DNA of 64,000 nucleotides, taken from the NCBI GenBank assembly GCA_964188305.1, contig OZ076889.1. One strand, written 5' to 3'. Numbering within the stretch: position 1 is the first letter of the stretch; every line of letters begins with the position of its first letter. Made by a program: the position numbers and the translations under genes. The notes below the pieces were generated by a model that saw only the letters and a list, made by a program, of their open reading frames with translations, was not told the origin of the DNA and did no database searches. Of the stretch, positions 24,857 to 35,900 are shown in pieces. The stretch is from Podarcis bocagei. Lineage: Eukaryota.

Positions 24857-25870
24857 ATAGGGTCTAGAGCAAGCCAATGTATTCCTCTGAATGCTTTTTA
24901 AATAACTGGAAAACAGCCACGAAGAGTGATGATTTGGGGATTCAAATTGAAAAACAAAAAACAAAAAACAGAGACTCAAAACTTTATGTGAGGTGGACTT
25001 GCCAACCCAGGGAACTGCGTGGCTTTGATTTGCAATTAATCAACCTCCTGTGGCAAATCAACCCCCTGTGGCAAAATATATTAAATGTCCACCCAGACCA
25101 GATCCCCTATATCTCTACATGGAAGACCAATGTAAAAAAAAGAATCTACCATGGCTAAAGTCTTGCTGTGACAGCAACACACAGAACAGGATTTGTACAG
25201 TGAAGCCTTTGGTGTTAGAAGACCCAGAAGATGAGGAGAGGGGAGTGATTAAGCCACCACCTTACACTCCACCAACAGCCCCTCCAACCCCCCCCCAGGC
25301 CAAGATCAAGAAGCACAGGGAAGTGCTGGTGTAGGGGGAGGAGGACCTGCGAAGGAGGATAGTGAGACGGAAGAAGAGGAAGAATTTAGGAAGACACTAG
25401 ATGATATGAATCAAGGAAAGAAAATGTGGACAGAAAAACAGAAAAAGAGACTAAAGGAGTTTGCAAAGCCATTTGAGGGAGAAGTTGGATGTAAGCCCCT
25501 TGTTAGTTGAGGCAGCAGAATGCTGCACCCCTGAAAAGAGGAAGAGATGGCAACGTAAGTGGGGACAGGCGGCGAAGAGAGTTATGTCTCACAGACAGTA
25601 TGAGAAAACCAGGAAGGATCAGGCAGCCGGAGAAATGCCCCTTCAGAGGGTTTATGATCCACCAGCCCCTGTCCCAGCTGGACAAGCGGAGGCACAGTCC
25701 AGCATATACCCTTTTCAAGTGCAGATGTTTGTAATTGAAGAAATCAGAACCCCTCTTTTGAGGAGAATCCAGCAAAGATTGTAAAATTGTTTGAAGGGAT
25801 TTTTTTAAAACCTATAATCCCACTTATGATGATGAACAATATCCCCTGGACTCACTACTAACTACAGAAG
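24857..25870 (+). pseudogene. gag: ERV gag remnant (MA, PPPY late domain, N-terminal CA), frameshifted and truncated
   Basis: (ATA)GSRAS myristoylation-type start with ATG lost; HPDQIPYI..W matrix motif; PPPY at 25254-25265; NPTYDD...LLTTE capsid motif. Confidence 0.88.
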
Positions 25871-25871
25871 C

Positions 25872-28170
25872 ATTGCTTGGCCCCTGCATGAGTCAACTAG
25901 GGGAATAGAGAAGGATCCTTTTATATGGGACAGGGAACAGCAGCAGGCTTTTCAGGATCTCAAAGTGACATTAAACCCCAAGAAGCCTTTTACCCTGTTC
26001 ATAGATGAAGACCAGGGGGGTAGCCAAGGGAGTCTTATGCCAGAAACTGAAAAATTGGCAGCAACCCGTCGAATACTTGTCAGAGAAGCTAACCCCAACA
26101 GAACAGAGGTTGCCCCCCCCCCGTATGAGAGTGATTGTGGCAGTGGCCACCCTACTCACAAAGGCAGATAAATTCACGTTTGGACAGGACACTAGCTGTG
26201 TAACTCCAAGAGAAAGTGCCAGATGCTGTTATTACATTCACGCCTGAAGTTTCAGGTTGCCACAGCCCTTAGCCTAGCTACCTTATTACAGATAGGAGAA
26301 GGTGAACAAGGGAGCTGCCCACTCAGTCTTACCTGTGCCTGTAACAAAACCCACAAACCAAGTGGTTAATATAATTGGAGCCACAGGTAAATCACAAAAG
26401 GCCCCGTTTTTGCAGTCTGTTACCTGCTGCCTAAGTGGCCAAATAGTCCAGCACAATTTTTTTGTATATACCAGAGTGTCCCATTCCTGTATTGGGCCGA
26501 GACTTGTTAACAAAATTACAAGCCCAGATTTCCTTCCAACCAATGGGGGAAGTAATGATGACAACTGGACCAGCAGGAGAGTTTTCTTTAGAAATGCCCC
26601 TGTGAGACCATTGGTGCTTGATGATGGTAAAAGAAGAGGAGGGAATCCTCCCTGTTAGCCTGCTTCATGATGTTGACCCTAGACTATGGGCGGAAGATAA
26701 AAACCAATACCCCATCCCACGACAGGCAGCTGAAGGAGTGTGGGTGCATTTGAAGCGATTGCTTCAACATGGAATTTTGGAACAATGCCAATCACAGTGA
26801 AACACCCCACTGTTGCCAGTGAAGAAGGAAGGGTACTGCATATAGGCCCCAAAGTTCTGGAAAATAGGAAAGGAAGAACAGGACTTTGAAAAACCACTGA
26901 CCCAAGAAACAGGGTCTAATGTTCATGTTGCCCTTGGCTTTGCTTAGAGTTTGTAGCCTCCCATTGAAACGTATTCACTTGTCATCCTTTTGAAGTGATG
27001 TTTGGAAGACCGGTTCCTTATGTGTGCATGCTTTCACCTATCCCTGCTCAAGATGTGGAATTGAACAATTATGTACAGTCTCTCTCTCGAGATTCTCTCT
27101 CTCAACCCAGGCCCGAACTCCTTGCGTGACCAGTTTGAGCCAGGTGACGAGGTGTGGATAAGACTGGTCCCAGGCACCACTGCAGCCGTGCTGGAAGGGC
27201 CCATCTGCTCTCCACACCCACAGCTGTGAAAATCGCTGGCACCACCCCTTGGGTCCACCACATTCAAGGAAGAAAGCTGCTTCAGATTGGACTGTGTCTC
27301 AGCATCCTGAAGATCCCCTCCAGTGACGACTGCCTTGCTGATATCACTCCAGAGGCTGATATCTCTACCCACGGTGAAGAATTGGATGGGAGGGGCGCCC
27401 GCAGGCAGCGCCCCCAACGTAGACATTTGTTCTCCAGCCAATTTAGAGGCACCACCAGAACTTTTGATATTGGTACCGGAACTCACTCCAGACGATGTGG
27501 AACCACGTTACACCCTTGATGAACAGCAGTGGACCAGCCAAGAAGGAGCAACGCTCCAGGAAGGACCAGACAGCCGTGTTTTTGTGCCCCAACATCTGGC
27601 CAGCACAATTGTAAAGAATTACCACGAGTCCACCCATTTGGGAGGCCCAGCTGCTAAAGCACACCTTGGGAGAATATTCTACCTCAACTAACTGCTGCTA
27701 TATCCCAAAATGTGCCCTGTGCGCCAACCAAGAGACTGAGAACTATCACCCTTTGGACTTCTATATGGCAGGCCAACCCCTTTCATCCGAGGCATCCCCG
27801 CCAGTTTGGGGCAGATGGGAGATCACATCACCCAAGAACAAGTGCAATCCCTGTGTTTGTTGTGTGTGTTTGCTTTCTTTCCAGGTATTCCCTCGAGCGT
27901 ACACCTGCAGTCCCGCGGCAGTCTCGCTGAGCCGGTTCACCAGTTCCTCTGAGTGACAGCGTCTGGCGACCCCCTCATCCCCAACTGCAGTGAAAGTAGT
28001 CGAGGTGATCCCCTGGGTACATCACACGCATCTGAAGGAGGGTGTCTGGACTTGCAAAAGAAATCCTGCTGACCCTCTGAAGTTGATCATCACCTTGTGT
28101 CTGACGCTACCAGGAAAAAAAGCGTTAGGCCACGGGCAACGCGATCCTGCGACTAATCATCACAAGGACA
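25872..28170 (+). pseudogene. pol: ERV pro/pol remnants in scrambled order
   Basis: RT connection (KPFTLFIDE, GVAKGVLCQ, PVEYLSEKL) precedes protease (NKGAAHSVL, IIGATG, LGRDLL-like), then RT N-terminus (QYPI, NTPLLPVKK), IN C-terminus (FEVMFGRP, TPTAVK..PWVHH), IN N-terminus (YHESTHLG..CALC) and a second IN C-terminus; no YxDD core seen. Confidence 0.88.
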
Positions 28171-28220
28171 GTTACAAAGACTTTCTCTTTTCTCTCTTAT
28201 TTTCTTTATTGACCTGCTCT

Positions 28221-28628
28221 ATGTCTTATTGCCCTGACCCTACCGAACCATACCAACCCTATTGGCCTGCTGGCCTCTGCTACGACTGGTTCGTCTTGCC
28301 GGTGGTAAGAGATGGCGTGCTCCTTGGCTATTGGAAACTGGGGTTTGATGAGATTACCGTATTGAGACACCCCACTACCCCGTTGTGGCTCCTCTCCCAC
28401 ACCACTGACCAGCACGCGTGGACAGTGCTCTTACGGGAAGCTGCAGAGACGATCGAAATCTATCTAGTTCTGGACCGCTCTTGCTGTTGTGGGAGGGTAG
28501 TCAACTGTTATCTGGAAGGTAGAGCACTGTACCAACCTCATTTGATAGACCAGGTCCTACTCTTAACCCAGGTCATAGATGGGACAGAACCTATCTTAAT
28601 GCAAGTATTGCAGGGGTGGGAGCCTTAG
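28221..28628 (+). CDS. Unrecognised 135-aa ORF at the env position (within a 212-codon open frame from 27990)
   Basis: First ATG downstream of the strong acceptor at 27884; preceded in frame by signal-peptide-like KDFLFSLLFSLLTCS; no env hallmark recognised. Confidence 0.35.
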   Translation: MSYCPDPTEPYQPYWPAGLCYDWFVLPVVRDGVLLGYWKLGFDEITVLRHPTTPLWLLSHTTDQHAWTVLLREAAETIEIYLVLDRSCCCGRVVNCYLEGRALYQPHLIDQVLLLTQVIDGTEPILMQVLQGWEP

Positions 28629-28854
28629 CCAGGTGTGCATTGAAATTACTAAACAAGTGCCAGTAAGAATTGCCACCCCAGGATTTCAGCTTCCATATGC
28701 TCTGGTCACTAGGGAGGCAGCACGTGAGTTCAATCCACCCAACAGGGCTAATAGAAAAATTGACCCACATAGTGGGAGCATCAACTCACCGGTGGGCTCT
28801 CATCCTTGAGGCTCAACAGGTAGTCGGGCACAAATATCAGTGGGCTCTTCAACA

Positions 28855-29127
28855 ATGAGCACACCCCCTGAATATTGGTGGGAGGAACCATGGAGATATT
28901 GGGTTTGGTGGATAGGAGTGATATGTACCGCCCTTGTCATATGGATGCTCTCGTATTTCTGTTGGCATGAACGGTATCGTATTTGTGGGAAGAATAGGCC
29001 CAATAATGCTTCTATTGCTTTTCTGCTTCTGTATACCCTGCTTAATGCAATGCCTGCAACATATGATGGGAAAGATGATGCCTCGCATGATGGGACCTCG
29101 CGTGATTGCTGTGCTGAGAGAATATAG
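28855..29127 (+). CDS. Putative 90-aa Trp-rich membrane protein, or env membrane-anchor remnant
   Basis: MSTPPEYWWEEPWRYWVWWIGVICTALVIWMLSYFCWHERYR; its ATG overlaps the upstream TGA (ATGA); A at -3. Confidence 0.35.
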   Translation: MSTPPEYWWEEPWRYWVWWIGVICTALVIWMLSYFCWHERYRICGKNRPNNASIAFLLLYTLLNAMPATYDGKDDASHDGTSRDCCAERI

Positions 29128-29155
29128 ACCCCTACCCCAGAACGAATCTAAGTAA
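28967..29155 (+). pseudogene. env: env TM anchor and cytoplasmic tail remnant
   Basis: GPIMLLLLFCFCIPCLMQCL anchor and YRPL (YxxL) motif, ending just before the PPT. Confidence 0.7.
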
Positions 29156-29165
29156 TAGATTGTTC

Positions 29166-29182
29166 AAAAGAAGAGGACGGAG
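29166..29182 (+). promoter_or_regulatory. Polypurine tract
   Basis: aaaagaagaggacggag abuts the 3' LTR. Confidence 0.85.
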
Positions 29183-29857
29183 TAAAGGGAGATGGGAAAA
29201 GTTTCTCTCAATATTTTATTCTGTTGCTCTCAAATATTATCTACACATAATAAATTCCTGCACTCTGCTAGGAGGGTAAAAAGCAGTAGCTTGCAAAAGT
29301 CTAAAAACAGACAGGTCATGAGGCCGCTTTCTTAACAGACAGGTCATGAGGCCGCTTTCTGCCTAAACCAGCTACTTGAAACTGCTGATGCTAGCTACAG
29401 GTCAGAAGGTCGCTTCCTGCCCAGCCAGAAACTGCTGTTAACCAAAAAACCACAAGCAAGATGTTTCCTGCTTTACTTCTGCTTTTAAGTAATGCAAGAT
29501 AAGAAGAAGATACGAAGGAAATGCTTTGCTAGCAAAAGAAGACACGTGTACAAGGAGGTGGGAGGGAGTGCTTGGCTTAGCAGAAAGACAGAAATGTTTA
29601 AGCAAGCAATAAAATGTGTTTAGCAAGCAAGTCTGCGGGTATAAGAAAGTCTGTTGAAGTGTCTTGCTTTACAGCCAGTACATTTTTAGGAACTATCCAA
29701 CAGGCTGTCTCTGAGTACAGACCTTAACTCTGTGCACAGAATTTCAATAAAACTCTTTTCTCCAAAGAAGAAACTTTCCTGGAATTTTTTATTCTCTTCT
29801 CGGCCCTGGGGACGCGGGTAAGCAATTCTCTGGCAAAGTAAAAGGCATAAGCCTACA
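29183..29857 (+). repeat. ERV 3' LTR
   Basis: 675 bp, offset 5572 bp from the 5' LTR, followed by TSD TGAC. Confidence 0.97.
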
Positions 29858-30790
29858 TGACGACCATCTGCTTGCTGTTTTGCATCTAGTTCACACCACA
29901 GCAATCTCTGCTCTCAAACTCAGGCTTTGTCCCCCACTAAGAGCTGTAGGGCCCCCTGCCCCACCCAGCCGTTGTATGGCAGAGAACCCCCTTTCTGTTG
30001 CTCTCTTAATGGCCCATCACCTTTCCTTTGATTTCTTAATGGCCCATCACCTGGGTGATTACCTCATCAGGATGCTAGCCTGGCTTGATTAGCTTTTAAC
30101 ACTTGCTAGGATTATAGGGGTCTGGCACTCATAACACTAGGTTGGAAAGTAGCCCCACCCAGGGCCCTGAAACTGGAACGGTTTAATTTGCTTAGATGAT
30201 ACGTCAATGGCTCATCCTAAAAGCTGATCCAGTAAAAAGATAATCTTTTCCTATTCTGACTCCCCTTTTGTAATATTTACTGCAACGCCCTGTTCATTTT
30301 GTCGGCAAGAGTCTCATGTAACTCAAGTTTATTCTACTTTGCTGAGATGTCTCTCCCTCATTCTTCACGATGGGTGGGGCTGGGCTTGTGTGTGTGGGAT
30401 CAATATTTCAGTTATGTTCTATATAGACAATAATTCTCTATGACAACCTGCAGCTGAAATGAATGCTGGGAAATCATAAAGAGCGTGGAGAACATCTAAG
30501 GGAATTGGGAATTCTAAGGAATTGGCAGGGCGGAGAAGCCCAACAGCGAGAAAACAAAGAAGTTTTAGTTTACCAGAAAATGTCACAATAAACTAATGGA
30601 GGATAGGTTCATCAACAACTATTAGCTGCAATTGCCAAGTTGAACCTCCATGTTCAGAAGCAGTTTGCTAGTACGAGCTCCCTGAAGGCAAAATCATGGG
30701 TGAAATAAATGGATCTTCCATTTGATCCAGCAGGATTCTTCTCATGTTCCTATGTTTTTCAAATAACCTCTTAATAATCTGTTAAAAGTA

Positions 30791-30940
30791 CCATACTTTT
30801 CCGTGTATAAGACTATGTTTTTTTACTCTAAAATAATGCTCAAAATCTGGGCTCGTCTTATACACGGATAGTATCTCCCCTCATTTTCTTAATTCGGAGT
30901 CCCCAAAAATAGGGGCCGTCTTATAGACGGAAAAATATGG
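30791..30940. mobile_element. Tc2/pogo-like MITE (150 bp)
   Basis: TIRs ccatacttttccgtgtataagac / gtcttatagacggaaaaatatgg; TA TSD. Confidence 0.85.
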
Positions 30941-32341
30941 TACATCTTTTTCTGGGTGGGGGTGGGCACAAAATATTTTTTTTATAAGAGCCAAATTCTG
31001 AAATTAATTCAGATTGAAAAAACAAAGATTTTTTGGGGAAGCATTATGTTTGTCAATTAAAACCGGACAAGGTCTCATTAGAAGTGAAGATTTAATAGCA
31101 GGATCAAATAAGTCCCCCATCACTTAACACTGCAAACCAATAGCTATGAATAATGATAAGTGTTTTCTGTAAGGGTTCAAAGTATTTCACACATACTGTC
31201 TCAATAATTATTGCAAGAACCCTTCAAATGGGCACCGAACTGCATGGGGCACCACAACAGTGCTGCAGAATGGAGTTGTCATGGGCCAGGAGCCAGCTTT
31301 GCCTGCTGAACAGCAGCCTAAAGCGGGAGAAGACAGAGTGACTTCACCTGTGGCTGATCATCCGTCAAGGACACAGAGGAGAAGGCACTGATGGAGAAGG
31401 CTTCAGCCTTCTTAAGTAGAGCTTCCAGCAGCATTCAGATGCTGGAAACAATGATTGTAGTTCCTGATCCTACCTTGCTTCTTCCTGCTTGTCTTGACCC
31501 TTGACCCCAGAATCATTGGATTCCCTGACCACTGGACTATCTGACCATGTGAACTGTTGTTTTCCTGACCCTAGGACTGGACCTGACTTCAGATGCTGAC
31601 TCTGCCTCCAGGTAAGTACACCTCAGAGACCCTTTTGGTCTCTCAGAGACTACAACAGGAGTGCAAGAAGCGGTTGGGGTGGGTACAAAATTTCAGCATT
31701 GCACGGGGTGCCACTGAAATTTGAGAGCCCAAAGTCTGCCACTGCTCCCCCTCCTATGCTAGTCCCACTGTGGACTCTCTCACCCTCCCATATGGTGACA
31801 TTTGGCCTGACTAATGATAACCAGCCTAGGCTGATTGACATGCCAATTGTGGAGCAGGACCAGTGACAAAAGAAAAGTAATTTTTATCCTTGTACAGCAG
31901 ACTGGTTTCTAGATACACACATTATCTTTATCTTCCATTCAGCCATGCAAAAACACCCAAGGAGGGTACAAAGCAGGGCCAATGAGGGGTGTGGCTTGGA
32001 GAGTTCCAAGGGCCAGATAGAGAGGCTGTAGGGCCACATTTGGTCTACGGGCCTGAGGTCTCCACCCTGACACAGGCCCTTGAAGTTGGCAGCCATACAG
32101 GTCATACACTAAATTGCAGAGGGTGGATCCAAGCAACCTATTAACAGAAATTTCTTTTTGTGCTGAGAAGCAAATCGTTTGCGTGGATTAGCAATTGGAC
32201 AGTTTGCTATCGCAAGCCACAATGAAGTGGTGATTTACAGAAATGACTCAAGCGATCATCATTCTTCTCTCCTGGCTTAATTTGCATGGTTAGAGACTAC
32301 TGAGTGGAATGCTCTTGCATCAGAGGCACTCATTGCAGCAC

Positions 32342-32950
32342 TATTTATTTCATTAAAAGTTTACATCGCTTGATTGTAAACACCTCAAAGCAGTCGACAA
32401 AAGATAAAACAGTGAAATCAAGGAAAAAGTACAACCCTACCTTAAAACATACAGAAGTTAAAATACTAAAACAGGTTAAAATTACCTCAACTTTCTAAGC
32501 ATCTGGGTGGGCTTATCTAAACAGGAATGTTTTTAGCAGGTGTCAAAAAGAGTACAGTGGATGCTTGGATTGCGAACGTGATCTGTGCAGGAGGCATATT
32601 CGCAACCCACGCATCTGCGCATGCGCAGGTCGCGATTTGGCGCTTCTGCGCATGTTCAAAGCGTGATTTAGCACTTCTGCGCATGCACAAGCACCGAAAC
32701 CCGGAAGTAACCCGTTCCGGTACTTCTGGGTTTGGCACGGTGCGCAACCCAAAATCACACAACCCAAAGCATCTGTAACCAGAGGTATGACTGTACAGTG
32801 AAGGAGCCCGCTTGATCTCAATAGGCAGGGAGTTCCAAAGTATAGGTGCTGTCACACTAAACAACCAAGTTTTTACAATTTCAGAATGGGTGTTATGTGC
32901 TACTTGTAGTAATGCCATTTCTGTCGATCGAAGCAGTCGAGTGGGCACCT
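32342..32950 (-). mobile_element. L2-type LINE 3' end (a related tail fragment lies at 47820-47975)
   Basis: Minus-strand FSVTAPILWNSLPIEIKRAPSL motif and (TAAA)n tail. Confidence 0.75.
32555..32793. mobile_element. Tigger/pogo-like MITE nested in the L2 fragment
   Basis: TA-cagt...actg-TA ends; the host sequence rejoins when it is removed; internal tgcgcatgc repeats. Confidence 0.8.
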
Positions 32951-35900
32951 GTACGCCAAGGTGATATCATAGTCTCACTTATGCACAACCTTCCCCCTCA
33001 AACATTAATAAATTACATAATTAATCTAGAGTAACTACCACCACCTTGCATGTAGTTACAATCAATAAAAAGGTCACAATCACCATCTGACTTATAAATC
33101 TGACCTTTGTGAGGGGGCAAATCGCTTTCTTTTACTGATTTAATCTATTATTTATTGTAAAAAAGTGAATCATCGTACAGGATAACTAATCTATTTTATG
33201 TGATTCTGGCTATGTGCCCCTTGCCTTGCACATATTGGTGAAGGTTTGTTGGGGCTGAGAGGCTATTACTTAATAATTAATATGTTAAGAGGATCCCATT
33301 ATACACTATTGCTTTTATTACCATTGCATTACATTGTGCTCTTCTGACATGCCTTATGGATTTGGGCCCCACCCCAGAGATGTTGCACTGTTGAACTTCA
33401 TCACCTTTTGGCAATTCTCCCAGCTCCAACCTGTTAGGTTAGATCAAGTGACTCTGGGTTGGCCTTAATTAAATGCCAATATTTTGAGTAGATGTGTATG
33501 GTGTCAGCATCTGCCCATGTGACAACAGAGCTGCGTGTGGGAGCAGGTTTGCAGGAGCCCAAGTGGATAGATCTGAATGTGTTGCCTCTGTGTGTATGTT
33601 GAGCAAGTGTGGCTGTGGACAAGCACTGTTGACATGCGATGCGTGGGATGCTTTGTTATGAAATGCAGGATTGTTACTGGAGCCCCTCTGCCATGGTGCC
33701 ACCACCAGCTAGCTTCAAAGTGCTTCATATTTATTTAGCTTTCCAGTCCAAACCAGAGATACTATATCCTGCAGGACCTTGGTAATTTAGAGGGATAGCT
33801 AAACATTCAACATCTCCATGAATTAGAAAATAAAATGTAATGGAACAAAGATGTTTTGCACAGGGAGGAAAGAAGAGTGGTAAGAATAATTAAGTAGGAG
33901 TTTGGTAGTATTATTGTACAATCTTAACTGTAAAGTAGGAAATTAAAATTAAAAAAATAGGGCTAAGTGACTAAGAAGCAACAATTACATTTGAGACAGA
34001 TTTAGGAGTAAACTACAAGATTGGGTTGGATCTTTTCTGGACAAAGTGAGTTCCTTAAATCCCACTGATTGGATAGGAACTACGGTAAGTCATGATTAAT
34101 TTTTCCCTCTGATCAAGGGGGATCTAAGTTTAACTAACTCACAGCACAATCCTAACTATGTCTACTCAGAAATCAGGCCTTCTTAATTCAGTAGGGCTTA
34201 CTCCTAGATTGGCTCTATCCCTTAGTCACATATCTTATACATACGTATCTCTGCATGCTTATTTCCTTATTTAATGAAAAGCAGTCTCAGGAGGCTAAGA
34301 TATTGAGGACTAGTGGGCAGGCAGGGCACTTGAACTCCCCAAGCTGCCTTTACCACCACTTCTCCACTCAATAGGTCTACTTCCCAAGGCAGCTATTCAT
34401 TTAATTCAATTACTTCATTACACTTTTGTATGTAAGGTATGGCTTGCCATTTAGGGACTGTCAGAACATGAGTCAACAGTGTGGTGCTGTGACACAAAAA
34501 GTGTGTTGTAGTGGACAAGAATGTTTAACTTGGACCCAAAAGGCTTAGGTCAAAATCTCTCCTCAGCAATTAACAGTGCAGTGGGAGACGGGTGAGGAAG
34601 GGCCAGGAGAACCAAGGGCCAAATGAAGCTTGTCTAACTAATGTACATAAGGAGAGTCAACCTATTTCTTTAGAGAAAGCAGACTTGGGAGATTGGGACA
34701 ACCATTCAGAGGAAAGGGGGCCAAGCAGAGCCTCCCCCCATCTTGTTTTCTATAAAAAAAAAATCACCGCAATCCCCAAGCTGCCATTTGCCCCTGATGG
34801 TGATATTGGGGGAAAGTGGCTGTGCTGGCGGTGATTTTTCTAGAAGGAAAACAGTGCAGGGGAAATGGTAAGACCTTTGTTTTAGATCTTAATCTGGAAA
34901 ACCTGCATGCAACTGAATCTTCACATTCCTCGTAAGGACATGGCTCACTTTAGTTTAACCCTGCCAACCAGACAAATGGGCAGGGCCAGCGCTCAATAAA
35001 GGGTCTCTGCAAACCAAACTGCAATACCTTGCTAATGATGCCCCTCTGGCCAGTCCCCTTACTTCAAAGCCTTAATAGAGAATGGTACAGGGGGACTAGG
35101 GGGACTGCCAGGGATTCAATTACTCTGGAGGCAAAATTACAGGTTCCCAGTAATGGCGGGCCCTGGGTCACCTGTCTTGTGCTCAGGTGCAAGACAATTA
35201 AAGGTTTACTTCCTGCTGGGCCATATTGTAGCCCTGTGGTTAGGCTTTTGCCAAGACCCAGCAGACCCCATTAGGAAGGCCACAGGCCAGGGAAGCAGTT
35301 CTGCTTCGGCAACCCCTGCTGGGCTACAGGCATACCAGCCCTGCCCTACTACTGGGGGTGACCAGAAAGGGGGAGGCGGTTCAGGCTGTACCACAAAAGG
35401 CTCCTACAGGGATGGTGTCAGGCTGGACAATGAAGGCAGCAGGTAGTAATGGCTGCCTGTAGGGCCCTCATATTTCAAAGGCACAGATGGCTCCACCAAA
35501 TTCTTGGTATTTGATGCTCTCCATTGCTCATACACCTAAGCATAGCCTGTCTGGTGGGAGAGAAATATTACCAGTACAATGCTACAATGCTATCAACAGG
35601 ACGAACTAATTCATAACAATTATTAGACCCTAGCTCCATACTCACAATGTGTATTACAAGAAACAAATCAGTGGCCATCTATAAACATGCATTGAGAAAG
35701 TGCAACCTCTAACCTTCTGCCAATATACTACAGTCTTTTTCAACCTGCTGACCTCCAGATGTTTTGGACTACATCAGCCACCAGGCCCAGGCAGCACCGT
35801 AATCCAAAACATCTGGAAGGCACCAAGTTGGCGAGTGCTGGCATACTAGATTATTGTTTCTTACACGCAGCATAGCAAGATACCCTTTCACTAATAAATC

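Larger units (their letters stand above)
23611..29857 (+). mobile_element. Class I (gamma-like) endogenous retrovirus, non-autonomous and very young
   Basis: Two 675-bp LTRs; TSD TGAC (23607-23610, 29858-29861); PBS; PPT; gag, pro, pol and env-tail remnants. Confidence 0.97.
23400..30136. mobile_element. Older solo LTR (~486 bp: 23400-23610 plus 29862-30136) split by the ERV insertion
   Basis: Termini tgttgtg...cataaca form a TG...CA inverted repeat; flanks atag/ctag (3 of 4 TSD match). Confidence 0.55.

Noticed and set aside
31277-31868. Gypsy-like solo LTR (tgtca...tgaca)
   Set aside because: The termini fit, but the flanks (gagt/aaag) give no TSD; left unannotated.
18048-32287. Isolated TAATTTGCAT octamer sites (18048 and 32278) and weaker CTCF-like matches (6620, 37593)
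   Set aside because: Single short motifs are expected by chance in 64 kb, and there is no supporting evidence.
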